This document shows positions 39,057 to 48,606 of a stretch of DNA of 64,000 nt, one piece after another. The position numbers were made by a program, and so were the translations under genes. How positions within the stretch are numbered: the first letter of the stretch is position 1; every line of letters starts with the position of its first letter. Under the pieces are notes generated by a model. The model was not told where the DNA came from and did no database searches. It saw only the letters and a program-made list of their open reading frames with translations. Source of the DNA: Planctomycetota bacterium (GTDB lineage Bacteria > Planctomycetota > UBA1135 > GCA-002748355); assembly GCA_011321845.1 (NCBI GenBank), contig DROQ01000096.1:19510-83509 (forward strand), in the 5' to 3' direction.

Positions 39057-42000
39057 TCCAGGATCAGAACGAACGGGAAAAAGCCCTGCGCACCTTCAGC
39101 GAGAACACCTTGGTGATCGCAGGGGCGGGCACGGGCAAGACGAGCCTCCTCACCGGCCGGGTCCTGACAGCACTCCTCGGGCAGGGACTTGAACCGGAAC
39201 AAATCCTGGTGACCACCTTCACCGAATCCGCGGCGCAGGAGATGGCGGAGCGCATCGAGCTTGCCCTCCGCCATTGCAGCCAGGGCGAACTCCCCCCGGG
39301 CGGCGACGCTGCCCGCGCCCTCGCCGCCCTGGGTCTCGCTCCCGAAGGGGTCCAAGCCCTCGCCCAGCGCCTTCTGCAAGTGGGCCTTCCCCCCATGCAG
39401 ACGATTCACTCCTTCTGCCTCGGCGTCCTCCGGGACTTCTCCCGTGAGGCGGGGCTCCCTCCCAACCTGGATCTGCTGGATGAGGTGGCCCGCGACCAGC
39501 TCTTCGCGGCCTTTTTTCAAGGTTTTTTGGATTCGGAGTTCGGGGAGGGCAAACCCATCCTCAGCGAGGAGCAATGGGACCGTTGTTTTCAATGGCTCAG
39601 CATGGAGGAACTCCGGGAACTGCTGGAAAAGTGGCTTTCCAATCCAAGATGGGCCGCCCTGCCCCTCGACAAGGACCTGGCTCCTTTACAGGAACGAGGG
39701 CGGGCTTTGCATGCGCAAATGCGAGATCAAATCGCGGCTGTTTACGAAACCTGTTCGCTCCGAGCTGGTTGCAATTTCGAAACCGTCCTTGTCCCTTTTC
39801 ACCGGGCCTTGGGGGAGTTCGTGGAGAAGGGTTTGGACTGCAGAAAGACTCCCGAGTGGCTCGCGATCGCGGCCATGCTTCCGAGCGGCATGGAAAGGAC
39901 CCCCGGTGTTCCCTCGAAATATGCGCAAAAAGAACTGCTGGAAGGACTCTTCAAAACCTGCCGAAGCATGCTCCAGTCCATCAGCAAGATCCCCGATTCC
40001 GAGACCCTCGAGGCTCTGGGGATCCTCCTTGCCGAGTTGTCGAACCGTTTCAAGGAGTTCTGCGCCATCCAGGGGAAACTCAGCTTCGATGACATGATCG
40101 AGCGGACACGGCAGCTCGTCTGCCGCGGAGACCGGGTGCGCGACCTCCTCCGCCAACGCTACCGTCTCATCCTGGTCGACGAGTTCCAGGATACGGACCC
40201 TTCGCAGAACGAACTCTTTCTCCAGCTCGGAGACAGGGCGGGATCCCTCTTCGTCGTCGGTGATCCCAAGCAGAGCATCTATCGCTTCCGCGGCGCCGAC
40301 ATGGAAGCCTACGAGGAGGCCACCACCCGCATCCTGGCCCAGGGATCGACCTGCAAGCTCAGCGCGAACTTCCGCAGCCGGCCCGAGATTCTCGACTTTG
40401 TCAACCGCATCTGCGCAGTCCGAATCAGCCCAAGTCCGGGCCTGCAGCCTCCCTATGAAGAACTCAGCAGCGGAAGAGAGTTTCCCCCTCCATCCCAGCC
40501 CGCCATCCGCCTCCTTCGCAGCGAATGCCCACGGCGCACCCCCGCCCCGGAGCGGCGCATCCAGGAAGCAAGGATCCTTGGCGCCCAGCTCCTGGCCCGC
40601 AGAGAACGCATCGGAAGCGATGAGGCCTGGAAGGGGGTCGGACTTCTCGTCCGGACGCTGAACACCGGGGAAACCCTCGCCAAAGAGCTGCGGAAGATGG
40701 GTGTCCCCGTTCTCAAGGAGGGCGGAAAGAAGTTTTATGAACGATTCGAGATCCAACGCTTTCTGGCGCTCCTTGGGCTCATGGTGCACCCCCATGACGA
40801 AGCCTCCCTTCTCGCCATCCTACGGAGCCCCCTCGCTGCGGTCCCTGATGGGGAGCTGCTCCGCTATGCCAAGCAGGTCCAAGGTGGGGATGCGCCCCCC
40901 TTCGGGGAACTGCTCCTCTTGGGAGAAGAGGCTCTGGGCGGGTTGCCTGAGCCGCTCCGAGAAGCGATCCTCTCCCTCCAAACCCTGCGAGCCAGGATTC
41001 TCGACCTCCCCAGCGATCTTGCCCTCAAGCGCCTCCTCTGGGATTCGGGGCTCCAGGTGGCCGAGGCCGCAAGCTACGACGGCCATCAGCGCCTCGCCAA
41101 CCTCCAACTCTTCATCGATGACTGCGCGACCAGGCTGCGCGAGGAGGGAGGGGACCTGCACGCGGCCTATGACAACCTCATCCGCCAGGCCCAGCGGGCG
41201 ACCGACTTCAACGAGGCATCCCTCTTCGATCCCGAAACCAGGGCGGTTCGCGTCATGACCATCCACAAGGCAAAGGGGCTCGAGTTCGACCTCACGATCC
41301 TGGCGGACCTCACCGCTCGAAAGAACCACAAATCCAGCAAGGGCGCTTTTGGGTTCAAGACCTCTTCGGGGCGATGGCGGACAGTCTTCGACATCGGCTC
41401 CTGCAATTCTCCCCAGTTCTTTCTGATGGAAGAACGCCGGAAGCAGCACGAAGAAGCCCAGGAACGTCGCCTCGAATACGTTGCGATGACGAGGGCGCGG
41501 AGCGAACTCTGGTTGAGCTGGAACTCGGTCCCCACCAACAAGGCAGCTTTCGAACTCCCCGACCTGCTGGAAGGCCTGGGCCTGGAAGACCGGATCGAAG
41601 GTTTCACCGCCGAAGAGGAGGAGCCCCAAGCGCGGGGACGTCCCTCATCCAAACTCTCCTTGGATACCGTGGACCATTGGATCAAGCTCCGTGAAAAGAC
41701 GGCGCGCAGGGCCTTCGCCTCCATGCGGGCATCCTTGCTCCCTCCCAGCAGTCAGGATCAGGGCACGCCCCAAGAGAGAGGGCAAGTCCGGGAGGGCCCC
41801 TCTCATGCCCCGAATCCTGAGGGAGAGGCTTTTGCCAAGAACCTTGGCACCCTCTGCCACTGGGTCCTTCAACAAAGGATCGAGCGCGGCCTGGCGGAGA
41901 GAATGGCCGTCGCCCGCAATTGGGTCCGGCAGGTGCCCGGGGAGGAGGACAGGGAGCGTCTCCTGGCCGAGTGCGCGATGATCTTCGACGCCTTCGAAGG

Positions 42001-42316
42001 ATCCCCCCTCCAAGACCGCCTCGATGGGGGACGCGTCCTGGAACAGGAACTCCCCATCCTCCACCGCGGCAGGGACGGAAAAACTTGGCGGGGGACGATG
42101 GATCTCCTGTTGGAGGAGGGGGGGGACCTTGTGGTGGTGGATTTCAAAACAAACCGCCTGGGAGAGGATGGGATCCTCTCCTTGGCAAGCCGCTATCAGT
42201 GGCAGCTTCGCGTCTACCAGGAGGCGATCCAGGCGGCCTATGAGCTGGAGGAGGCTCCCGAGGGAGAGATCTGGGTCCTCCGCGAAGGCATCTCCCACCG
42301 CTATCCCAAGCCCTGA
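39053..42316 (+). CDS. addA: AddA-like UvrD helicase-nuclease
   Basis: AGAGTGKT, TIHSF, LVDEFQD, GDPKQSIYRFRGA, TIHKAKGLE, YVAMTRA, C-terminal DLL..VDFKT. Confidence 0.88.
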   Translation: MIQDQNEREKALRTFSENTLVIAGAGTGKTSLLTGRVLTALLGQGLEPEQILVTTFTESAAQEMAERIELALRHCSQGELPPGGDAARALAALGLAPEGVQALAQRLLQVGLPPMQTIHSFCLGVLRDFSREAGLPPNLDLLDEVARDQLFAAFFQGFLDSEFGEGKPILSEEQWDRCFQWLSMEELRELLEKWLSNPRWAALPLDKDLAPLQERGRALHAQMRDQIAAVYETCSLRAGCNFETVLVPFHRALGEFVEKGLDCRKTPEWLAIAAMLPSGMERTPGVPSKYAQKELLEGLFKTCRSMLQSISKIPDSETLEALGILLAELSNRFKEFCAIQGKLSFDDMIERTRQLVCRGDRVRDLLRQRYRLILVDEFQDTDPSQNELFLQLGDRAGSLFVVGDPKQSIYRFRGADMEAYEEATTRILAQGSTCKLSANFRSRPEILDFVNRICAVRISPSPGLQPPYEELSSGREFPPPSQPAIRLLRSECPRRTPAPERRIQEARILGAQLLARRERIGSDEAWKGVGLLVRTLNTGETLAKELRKMGVPVLKEGGKKFYERFEIQRFLALLGLMVHPHDEASLLAILRSPLAAVPDGELLRYAKQVQGGDAPPFGELLLLGEEALGGLPEPLREAILSLQTLRARILDLPSDLALKRLLWDSGLQVAEAASYDGHQRLANLQLFIDDCATRLREEGGDLHAAYDNLIRQAQRATDFNEASLFDPETRAVRVMTIHKAKGLEFDLTILADLTARKNHKSSKGAFGFKTSSGRWRTVFDIGSCNSPQFFLMEERRKQHEEAQERRLEYVAMTRARSELWLSWNSVPTNKAAFELPDLLEGLGLEDRIEGFTAEEEEPQARGRPSSKLSLDTVDHWIKLREKTARRAFASMRASLLPPSSQDQGTPQERGQVREGPSHAPNPEGEAFAKNLGTLCHWVLQQRIERGLAERMAVARNWVRQVPGEEDRERLLAECAMIFDAFEGSPLQDRLDGGRVLEQELPILHRGRDGKTWRGTMDLLLEEGGDLVVVDFKTNRLGEDGILSLASRYQWQLRVYQEAIQAAYELEEAPEGEIWVLREGISHRYPKP

Positions 42317-42317
42317 G

Positions 42318-42346
42318 TTGACAGCCAGTGATCCCGGCCCGACACT
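42318..42346 (+). promoter_or_regulatory. Sigma70-type promoter, probably leaderless
   Basis: TTGACA-N17-GACACT, ATG 7 nt downstream. Confidence 0.5.
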
Positions 42347-42353
42347 CTCCAGC

Positions 42354-43025
42354 ATGAAGCTCAACGTCTCCGAAGCAGCCAACCTCCTCCAAGTCTCCGA
42401 ACGGACCATCCGTCGGTGGATTGACATCCTCGGCCTCCCCGCCACCGAGGGAGAAGATGGGCCGGAGTTCCACCGCAGGGAACTGATCGAATGGGCGGAC
42501 GCGCACAGCTTTCATCTCGCCAAGGAGGTCCCAGGCGAAAAAGACGCCACTCCTCCCAGCATCCAAGAGGCTTTGGAACAGGGCGGGATCCATCACCAGG
42601 TCCCGGGAAAAAGCGTCGAGGAATGCCTGGAACAGGTCTCCAGATTGCTCCACCTCCCCGACCCCATCGACCGCGTCTTTTTCCACCATGTCCTTTTGGC
42701 ACGCGAGGACCTCGCCTCCACCGGGATCGGAGAAGGGATTGCCATCCCCCATGTCCGGGCACCCTTGGTGCTCCATGTGGACGTCCCCACACTCGGCCTC
42801 TTCTTTCTCGAATCCCCGGTGGACTGGGGAGCCATCGACAACAAACCGGTTGAAATCCTCTTCGCCCTCGTCAGCCCCGGAGTGCGCCAGCACCTTGGCC
42901 TCCTCTCCAGGATCTCCTTCGCGGTCCGTGACCCCGAATTTCACAACCTCCTCAAGGAACGCGCCTCTGGCCAGGCACTCCTCGAGGCGGCAGGAAGCAT
43001 CGATCAGAAATTGGCCCAAAGGTAA
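42354..43025 (+). CDS. ptsN: Excisionase-type HTH fused to PTS IIA (PtsN-like)
   Basis: VSEAANLLQVSERTIRRW; RE..STGIGEGIAIPH, HL.LLSRI. Confidence 0.85.
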   Translation: MKLNVSEAANLLQVSERTIRRWIDILGLPATEGEDGPEFHRRELIEWADAHSFHLAKEVPGEKDATPPSIQEALEQGGIHHQVPGKSVEECLEQVSRLLHLPDPIDRVFFHHVLLAREDLASTGIGEGIAIPHVRAPLVLHVDVPTLGLFFLESPVDWGAIDNKPVEILFALVSPGVRQHLGLLSRISFAVRDPEFHNLLKERASGQALLEAAGSIDQKLAQR

Positions 43026-43032
43026 AACAACA

Positions 43033-44130
43033 ATGCTCGCGATCCTCTTCTCCACCGCCCCCCTCCTCCTCAACGGGGCTCTCCCCCCCACTCCTCAGAA
43101 CGGAAAGGCTTCCAAGCCCGCCCAGGAGGAAACCGCCAGGTTTCAAAACTATGCCTTCCAGATTCCGAAAGAGTGGAGAAAGGCCAAGACCCAAGGAAAA
43201 ACGCTCCGCTGGGTCCTGGTTGGAAAAAACGGAAAAAGCCTCTCCATGAGCATGGGAACTCTGGAAACCAGACTCAGCCCGCAACAATACCTGGTGGACC
43301 GACTCGGTAGACTCGGAGGAAAAGCGACGCCCAAGTACTATGGAGGCGACTCCTCGGGAATTCCCTACCTCGGGGTGGAGTTCCTGATGAACGCGGGAAA
43401 AGAAAAAGACCAGCGTACCCGGACTCTCATCGCCGTCTTCAGCCCGGGCTCGAAGAAAATCCGTTTCGTCGCCACAGGGGATGGAGACCTCCTTTTGAGC
43501 CAGCGGGCTGCCATCAAACGCCTACTCTTTACCTTCCGAGGCTGGGGCAAGCCCCTCCCTCAGAGGCTTCCCGATCCCGAGCCGGCCAAGCCCCGCTCCA
43601 TGCCCAGCCTTTCCTCCCCGGGCCCTACCGCATCCCGGCCCTCGAAGAGTGGCGTGGCTCCTTCCAAGCCGATCAGCGGCCAACCCAAAGGTTGGAACCG
43701 GACCAAGGTCATGGACCTGACCCTCTTCTTCCCCAAGGCTTGGGTCCAACGCCAACCTTCGAACAACATGCGGCTTCTTGAGCTACACCTCAAAGGCTCA
43801 GACGGCGAAGGAGTCCTCGTGGCATATTACTTTGGGCCTTCCAGTGGTTCCATCCGGATGAACCTGGACCGATGGAAGGGGCAATTCCAGGATCCCAAGA
43901 ACGTCCAGGAGAAGGAGATCAAGGGTGCCCGCTTCAAGACCACCCTACTGAGTTTGGATGGGATCTATGGGGGTGGGATGAGCGGAAAAAAGATCCAGGG
44001 CCGCAGCCGCCTCTTCGCCTGGATCACTCGCACTCCCAAGGGACCCTTCTACTTCAAGTTGGTCGCCCCCAAAAAAACCGTGGACCAATGGGAGGCGGAC
44101 CTGCTCAAGGTCGCGCAACAGATCCGCTGA
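43033..44130 (+). CDS. Hypothetical secreted two-domain protein with Pro-rich linker
   Basis: Signal-like N-terminus; C-terminal domain with NMR..GS...NLDRWKGQF. Confidence 0.65.
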   Translation: MLAILFSTAPLLLNGALPPTPQNGKASKPAQEETARFQNYAFQIPKEWRKAKTQGKTLRWVLVGKNGKSLSMSMGTLETRLSPQQYLVDRLGRLGGKATPKYYGGDSSGIPYLGVEFLMNAGKEKDQRTRTLIAVFSPGSKKIRFVATGDGDLLLSQRAAIKRLLFTFRGWGKPLPQRLPDPEPAKPRSMPSLSSPGPTASRPSKSGVAPSKPISGQPKGWNRTKVMDLTLFFPKAWVQRQPSNNMRLLELHLKGSDGEGVLVAYYFGPSSGSIRMNLDRWKGQFQDPKNVQEKEIKGARFKTTLLSLDGIYGGGMSGKKIQGRSRLFAWITRTPKGPFYFKLVAPKKTVDQWEADLLKVAQQIR

Positions 44131-44190
44131 CAGGTTTACCTGTAGGATTGGTTCTGACAGGGTCGCTTGCAGGGGGGAGGCGACAGTCCT

Positions 44191-44541
44191 CTACTGGCGG
44201 AGGGATTCGATGCGCCCAGCCTGGTCCAGGATCTGGGTGATCCGGAGGCCGTAGCAGTCATCCACCATGACGACTTCACCGCGGGCAATCAGCTTGCCGT
44301 TGACCCGGAGATCCACGGGCTCTTCGGATTTCTTGTCGAGAGGGAGGATGCTCCCGGGACCCAGTTCCAGGACCTGATCCAAGTTCATCTCCGCCCGGCC
44401 CACCTCGACCGAAATGGGGATGGGGACATCCAAGAGAAGGTCCAGATTCTGGCGCTCGGCCTGAGCCCCTTCACCGCCCTCCAGAGGGCCAAAGTCCACA
44501 GCTTGGGCTGTTACTTCGGGATTTGCCTGTTCTTCGCTCAT
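44191..44541 (-). CDS. fliN: Flagellar motor switch protein FliN
   Basis: LLLDVPI..SVEVG, PVDLRVNG..ARGEVV..YGLRI. Confidence 0.93.
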   Translation of the reverse strand: MSEEQANPEVTAQAVDFGPLEGGEGAQAERQNLDLLLDVPIPISVEVGRAEMNLDQVLELGPGSILPLDKKSEEPVDLRVNGKLIARGEVVMVDDCYGLRITQILDQAGRIESLRQ

Positions 44542-44555
44542 TTCTTCCTCCACCG

Positions 44556-45557
44556 TTATCCCTTGTGCACCACCTCAAGAATTTTGGTGGCATACCGCCT
44601 TCCACGGGTGCCCAGCACACCCCGGAATTTCGTTTTCCCTTGAACCGGGATGTTCAGGAGATCTCCCGGTTTTGTCGTAAGTGAAAGGACATCGCCGGTC
44701 TTCAAGGCCAGGATGTCCCGAAGCTTCAATTCCATCTCCCCGAGGAGAACCTTGAGGCCCATGGGGATGTTCAAGACCGTCTCGGTCAAGAGGTTCCGAT
44801 AAGCTCCCTCCTTTCCACCATCCGAAAGGAAACGAGAACTCTCCAAGGCTCCGAGATGCGGCTCCAGGGCGGCGTAGGGGACAGCCAGCCGAAGATCCCC
44901 GAAAAGAGGGTTTCCCGACACCTGGAAATGAAGAGCGAGGATGACTTCCTGGGCGGGGAGTACCTGGGCGAGCGTCGGGTTGGTGTAGCGAGCGATGACC
45001 TTGGGCTCGACCTGCACCATCTCCCCGAGCCCCTCCTGGATGTGGACGAGTAGAGGCTGCAAGAGGGCGTCCGCGACCTCGTACTCCGCTTCCGAAAGAT
45101 CCTGAGGGCAGGTGTGGACCTCTCCCGTCCCACCAAGGATCCGATCCACTGCGCCATAAAGAAGCTCAGGAGAAACGGTCAGGATCGAAGGAAAGCGCAG
45201 CGGGTCCATCTGGAGGACGTAGGTTCCCGTTGGATTGTCCAAAAGGGAGAGCCAACTCGAGAAACGGAGCTGCTCCACGCCCACGCAATCGCAGCTCGCA
45301 TCCAGCCGGAGCCGCTCCGCGATCGCGGACCCCATTTTCCGCGAGACCATCTCCTGGATCCGGGCGAGGACCTGGAGCTGAGCCCGGGTAAACCGGTTCG
45401 GTTTCAGGAGATCAAGTTCGGAAACCTTGTAAGAACCCTGGGACTCTCCGCCCGAAAAATCGAGGCTTTCGGCCTCCTCCAGCTCCTCGGGCATTCCCTC
45501 GTTCTGAAAAAGATCGAGGAGGGCGTCGATCTCGGCATTTGAAAGGATCTCTTCCAC
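44556..45557 (-). CDS. fliM: Flagellar motor switch protein FliM
   Basis: ILSNAEIDALL CheY-binding peptide, ILGGTG, C-terminal SpoA domain. Confidence 0.92.
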   Translation of the reverse strand: MEEILSNAEIDALLDLFQNEGMPEELEEAESLDFSGGESQGSYKVSELDLLKPNRFTRAQLQVLARIQEMVSRKMGSAIAERLRLDASCDCVGVEQLRFSSWLSLLDNPTGTYVLQMDPLRFPSILTVSPELLYGAVDRILGGTGEVHTCPQDLSEAEYEVADALLQPLLVHIQEGLGEMVQVEPKVIARYTNPTLAQVLPAQEVILALHFQVSGNPLFGDLRLAVPYAALEPHLGALESSRFLSDGGKEGAYRNLLTETVLNIPMGLKVLLGEMELKLRDILALKTGDVLSLTTKPGDLLNIPVQGKTKFRGVLGTRGRRYATKILEVVHKG

Positions 45558-45578
45558 GGGCGTTTCCGAGCAGTCGGC

Positions 45579-46076
45579 CTACTTGATCAAGTATTCGTCA
45601 AAGTAAACGTCGGTCACCTTGGCGTGGGCTTCTTCGGGGTTGGGGAAGAAGGTCTCGTTCAGGATGTCCCGCATCTCCAACTTGAGTTGCAAGGCGTTAT
45701 CCCCCCCCGTGAGTTCATCCACCTTTTTTCCCAACAGGAGAATCTGGATCCTGCTCCGGGCCTTGGGCATCCCCTCAAGAATGATACCTTGGGCCTTGAG
45801 ATCATCTTCTGCCTTGTACTCGAAGGAGATCCCGATCTTGGCGACATTCCTGCGGGTCCCCGGATTGAAAGTCCAAGAGAGCTTATCGGGCCAAACCTTG
45901 GCTGGAAAGCTATCCAAGTCGACCGACTTCTTCTCATCCTCTGGTTTTTTGGGTGCGGTCATGGCAACAACACCCACCGCCCCGCCAACCACGAGGATCA
46001 CCCCTAAAAGGATTGGAAGTACCTTGGACTTCCCACCTTCGTTTTCGCCGTCTTTCTTTTCCTTGTCGTCGGCCAT
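45579..46076 (-). CDS. fliL: Flagellar basal body protein FliL
   Basis: Single N-terminal TM, C-terminal VTDVYFDEY; located between motB and fliM. Confidence 0.85.
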   Translation of the reverse strand: MADDKEKKDGENEGGKSKVLPILLGVILVVGGAVGVVAMTAPKKPEDEKKSVDLDSFPAKVWPDKLSWTFNPGTRRNVAKIGISFEYKAEDDLKAQGIILEGMPKARSRIQILLLGKKVDELTGGDNALQLKLEMRDILNETFFPNPEEAHAKVTDVYFDEYLIK

Positions 46077-46191
46077 CTGTCCATTCCTTCACATCTGGAA
46101 ATCGGATTGGCTCTGGCTCGCACGATCCATGGTCTCGAACCATCCGTGCCAGTCGGGAAAAAAGGTGCCCGAATCGCGCCACTTCCCTTTG

Positions 46192-46218
46192 TTATCGGCA
46201 CTTGGGGCTCACGACTTG
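46192..46218 (-). promoter_or_regulatory. Sigma28-like promoter for fliL
   Basis: CAAG-N15-GCCGATAA. Confidence 0.6.
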
Positions 46219-46242
46219 CGTGGGATCCCGAACAAAGAGGAG

Positions 46243-46911
46243 CTAGCGTTTTCGGATCACTCGAATCGATAGAGTCCTCCAGGCGCCATTCTTGGCTTGC
46301 TTGGCCCGCAAAACGCCGGCAGAGGGCCGCAGCTCCGCAGTACATCCCACCTCCCGGAGAAACCGCAGAACGTTCTGGCAGCGCTGAGCCGCCAGATCCA
46401 GGGGAATCATGCTCTCGATAAAGCTGGCATACGTTCGAAACTCCACGGTGAAATCCCCGCCGTTGAGGCTCCTGGATAACTCGTCCAGATAGGCCAGGCC
46501 CTTCTGGGGGATCTCGGCCGAATGGTGGGCGAAGACAAAGGGGGCCGTCATCTCGATCTCTTCGGTGGCCTCCAGTTTTTCGCTTCGACTCTTGTGGAGT
46601 TCCACCTCGTCCCCCGTCCTTTCCTCCTCCGTCAACTCCCCCGGAGTCTTGTCCTGCTTCAGATACTGGGGTCTTGGGGCGTTGTTCTTGGCAAGGTATT
46701 TGGATCCCTCGAGGAGCCCCCCATTGCCCACTGTCGAATAGATCGCATTGGCCATGGACCCTCTCATGGCCTCCAGGAGCCCCGCCTGCTGTTGCTGAGC
46801 ATAAACATTGAGAAGGATGAAGAACACCAGCAACAGGGTCATGAGGTCGGCAAAAGTCGCCATATAGGCGGGAACCCCGGCTTTTTTTTCTTCTTTGACT
46901 TCTACCGCCAT
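46243..46911 (-). CDS. motB: Second MotB-family stator subunit with degenerate OmpA-like domain
   Basis: YMATFADLMTLLLVFFILL TM with conserved Asp; lacks the GHTD/NRRV motifs. Confidence 0.78.
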   Translation of the reverse strand: MAVEVKEEKKAGVPAYMATFADLMTLLLVFFILLNVYAQQQQAGLLEAMRGSMANAIYSTVGNGGLLEGSKYLAKNNAPRPQYLKQDKTPGELTEEERTGDEVELHKSRSEKLEATEEIEMTAPFVFAHHSAEIPQKGLAYLDELSRSLNGGDFTVEFRTYASFIESMIPLDLAAQRCQNVLRFLREVGCTAELRPSAGVLRAKQAKNGAWRTLSIRVIRKR

Positions 46912-47630
46912 CAGCGCCCTTCCTTCCCTGCGGATTCTTTGGGGAGGACCAACAGCTCCACTCTTCGGTTTTGGGACTGTTCCTCGTCTCCGATTCCCCG
47001 GGTTCTCGGGTGCCGATCCCCCTCCGAACGGATGGTCACCATCTCGAATTGAACTCCTTCCAACCCCATGATGCGGGCCACCCGTCTCGCCCTCGCAAGA
47101 GCGAGGGCGTCGTATCCTCCCAGCTTGGAATCTTTATCGGAGATCGTGTCGCAATGTCCTTCGATCACAAAGCGGCGTCCCCGATGCAATCGAAGGCGAC
47201 GCCCCAGCTTTCGGATCTCCTCTTCGAAGCTGGCGGAGGGCCGATCATCCCCCGGTGCGAAACAACTCACCGTGGTAGGAACGATCCTCACCCCTCCATC
47301 CAGGGTCTTGTCCGAGATTACAAAACCATCCAGTTTCCGGATCTGATTTTCCAAGTCGGGGTTGGCTTTGTCATCCGGTCGAGAGACCCCCGAATCCGCC
47401 CGGTATTCCAGGGTGGGCGTTTCCATCAAATCGGGCTTGTTCTTCTGGTCCTTCCCAATGATCCCGAAGCCGCCTTTGACCATGTCCATCACCTTGTTCA
47501 GGGTGTCAGTCTCTTGGGTGGTAAAGGTCAGCATCATGATGAACAGAGTCACCAGGAGGGAGACGAGATCCGAGAAGGTAACCAGCCATTCGGGCGCGCC
47601 CTCTGGTGGGTCTTCTTCAGGTACGTCCAT
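46911..47630 (-). CDS. motB: MotB/PomB stator subunit
   Basis: WLVTFSDLVSLL; OmpA-like IEGHCD..RA..NRRVE. Confidence 0.88.
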   Translation of the reverse strand: MDVPEEDPPEGAPEWLVTFSDLVSLLVTLFIMMLTFTTQETDTLNKVMDMVKGGFGIIGKDQKNKPDLMETPTLEYRADSGVSRPDDKANPDLENQIRKLDGFVISDKTLDGGVRIVPTTVSCFAPGDDRPSASFEEEIRKLGRRLRLHRGRRFVIEGHCDTISDKDSKLGGYDALALARARRVARIMGLEGVQFEMVTIRSEGDRHPRTRGIGDEEQSQNRRVELLVLPKESAGKEGR

Positions 47631-47654
47631 CGCATCCTCCAGGACTATGCCCGA

Positions 47655-48422
47655 TCAACTCGACTCGACAGCTTCCCGGTCTTTGGGTGACAGGAAAGAC
47701 TTCAACTTTTCTTTGACAAGGGCTGGCTTGTCTCCCGCTTGGATCGCGATGATTCCCTCCACCATCAGCCCCTTTAGAGCGACCTCTTCCTTGGAACGGT
47801 TATCCAACTTGGTTGCGAAGGGGATGTAAAAGAGGTTCGCTGTAAAAGCTCCGTAAAAGGTAGTCAAAAGGGCCACCGCCATACCTGCCCCGATCGCGCT
47901 GGGGTCGGACATGTTCTGGAGCATTTGGATCAACCCGATCAAGGTGCCGATCATTCCAAAAGCTGGGGCCATGGAACCCATGGTTTCGAGGATGGATTTT
48001 CCCTGCGAATGCCTACCCATGAGATTGACCAGATCGATCTCGAGAATCTCCCGGACGGTTGGGCCCGGAAAACCATCGATGATCAACCGGAGCCCCTTTT
48101 TCATGAATTCATCGTCCAGTTCCTCCAGTTTCTCCTCGAGCGCAAGGAGCCCTTCCTTTCGAGCAAGGTTGGAGTAAGAGACGATCCTTTCGATCTCCTC
48201 GGTAGGAGTGGGCAGAGGATAGAGGAGAACCTTTTTCACCACCCCCATGACCGAGAGGACGGCGGAGAGCTTGAAGCAGGTCAAAACCGAAGCGATCGTG
48301 CCCCCCATGACGATCATGACCGAAGGCGAATCCCAGAAGATGGAGATCGGGCCCCCCATCATGATCGCGACAAGCACAAGGACCAAACCCAGGATAACCC
48401 CGATCAGTGACGCGAGATCCAT
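47655..48422 (-). CDS. motA: MotA/PomA stator subunit
   Basis: ARKEGLLALE, APAFGMIGTLIGL, ALLTTFYG. Confidence 0.95.
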   Translation of the reverse strand: MDLASLIGVILGLVLVLVAIMMGGPISIFWDSPSVMIVMGGTIASVLTCFKLSAVLSVMGVVKKVLLYPLPTPTEEIERIVSYSNLARKEGLLALEEKLEELDDEFMKKGLRLIIDGFPGPTVREILEIDLVNLMGRHSQGKSILETMGSMAPAFGMIGTLIGLIQMLQNMSDPSAIGAGMAVALLTTFYGAFTANLFYIPFATKLDNRSKEEVALKGLMVEGIIAIQAGDKPALVKEKLKSFLSPKDREAVESS

Positions 48423-48606
48423 GCGGTCCTTCCCCCCTTCTTGGCCAGATACGACTTATCCCAATGGAGACGAAGTCCCCATTTCCCATAGGAGAGAAAT
48501 CGGCTGTTCCCCATCCGGACTGTTCAAAACCACAACAGCCCAGCCTCATGGGGGCTTCGGCTCTACTTGGAAGTCCCCATTCCCTGCTGAAAACCCCCGC
48601 GGGTTC

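Noticed and set aside
36045-42316. Cas4-like or defence nuclease-helicase system
   Set aside because: Size, order, Fe-S staple and the C-terminal nuclease on the helicase all fit housekeeping AddBA
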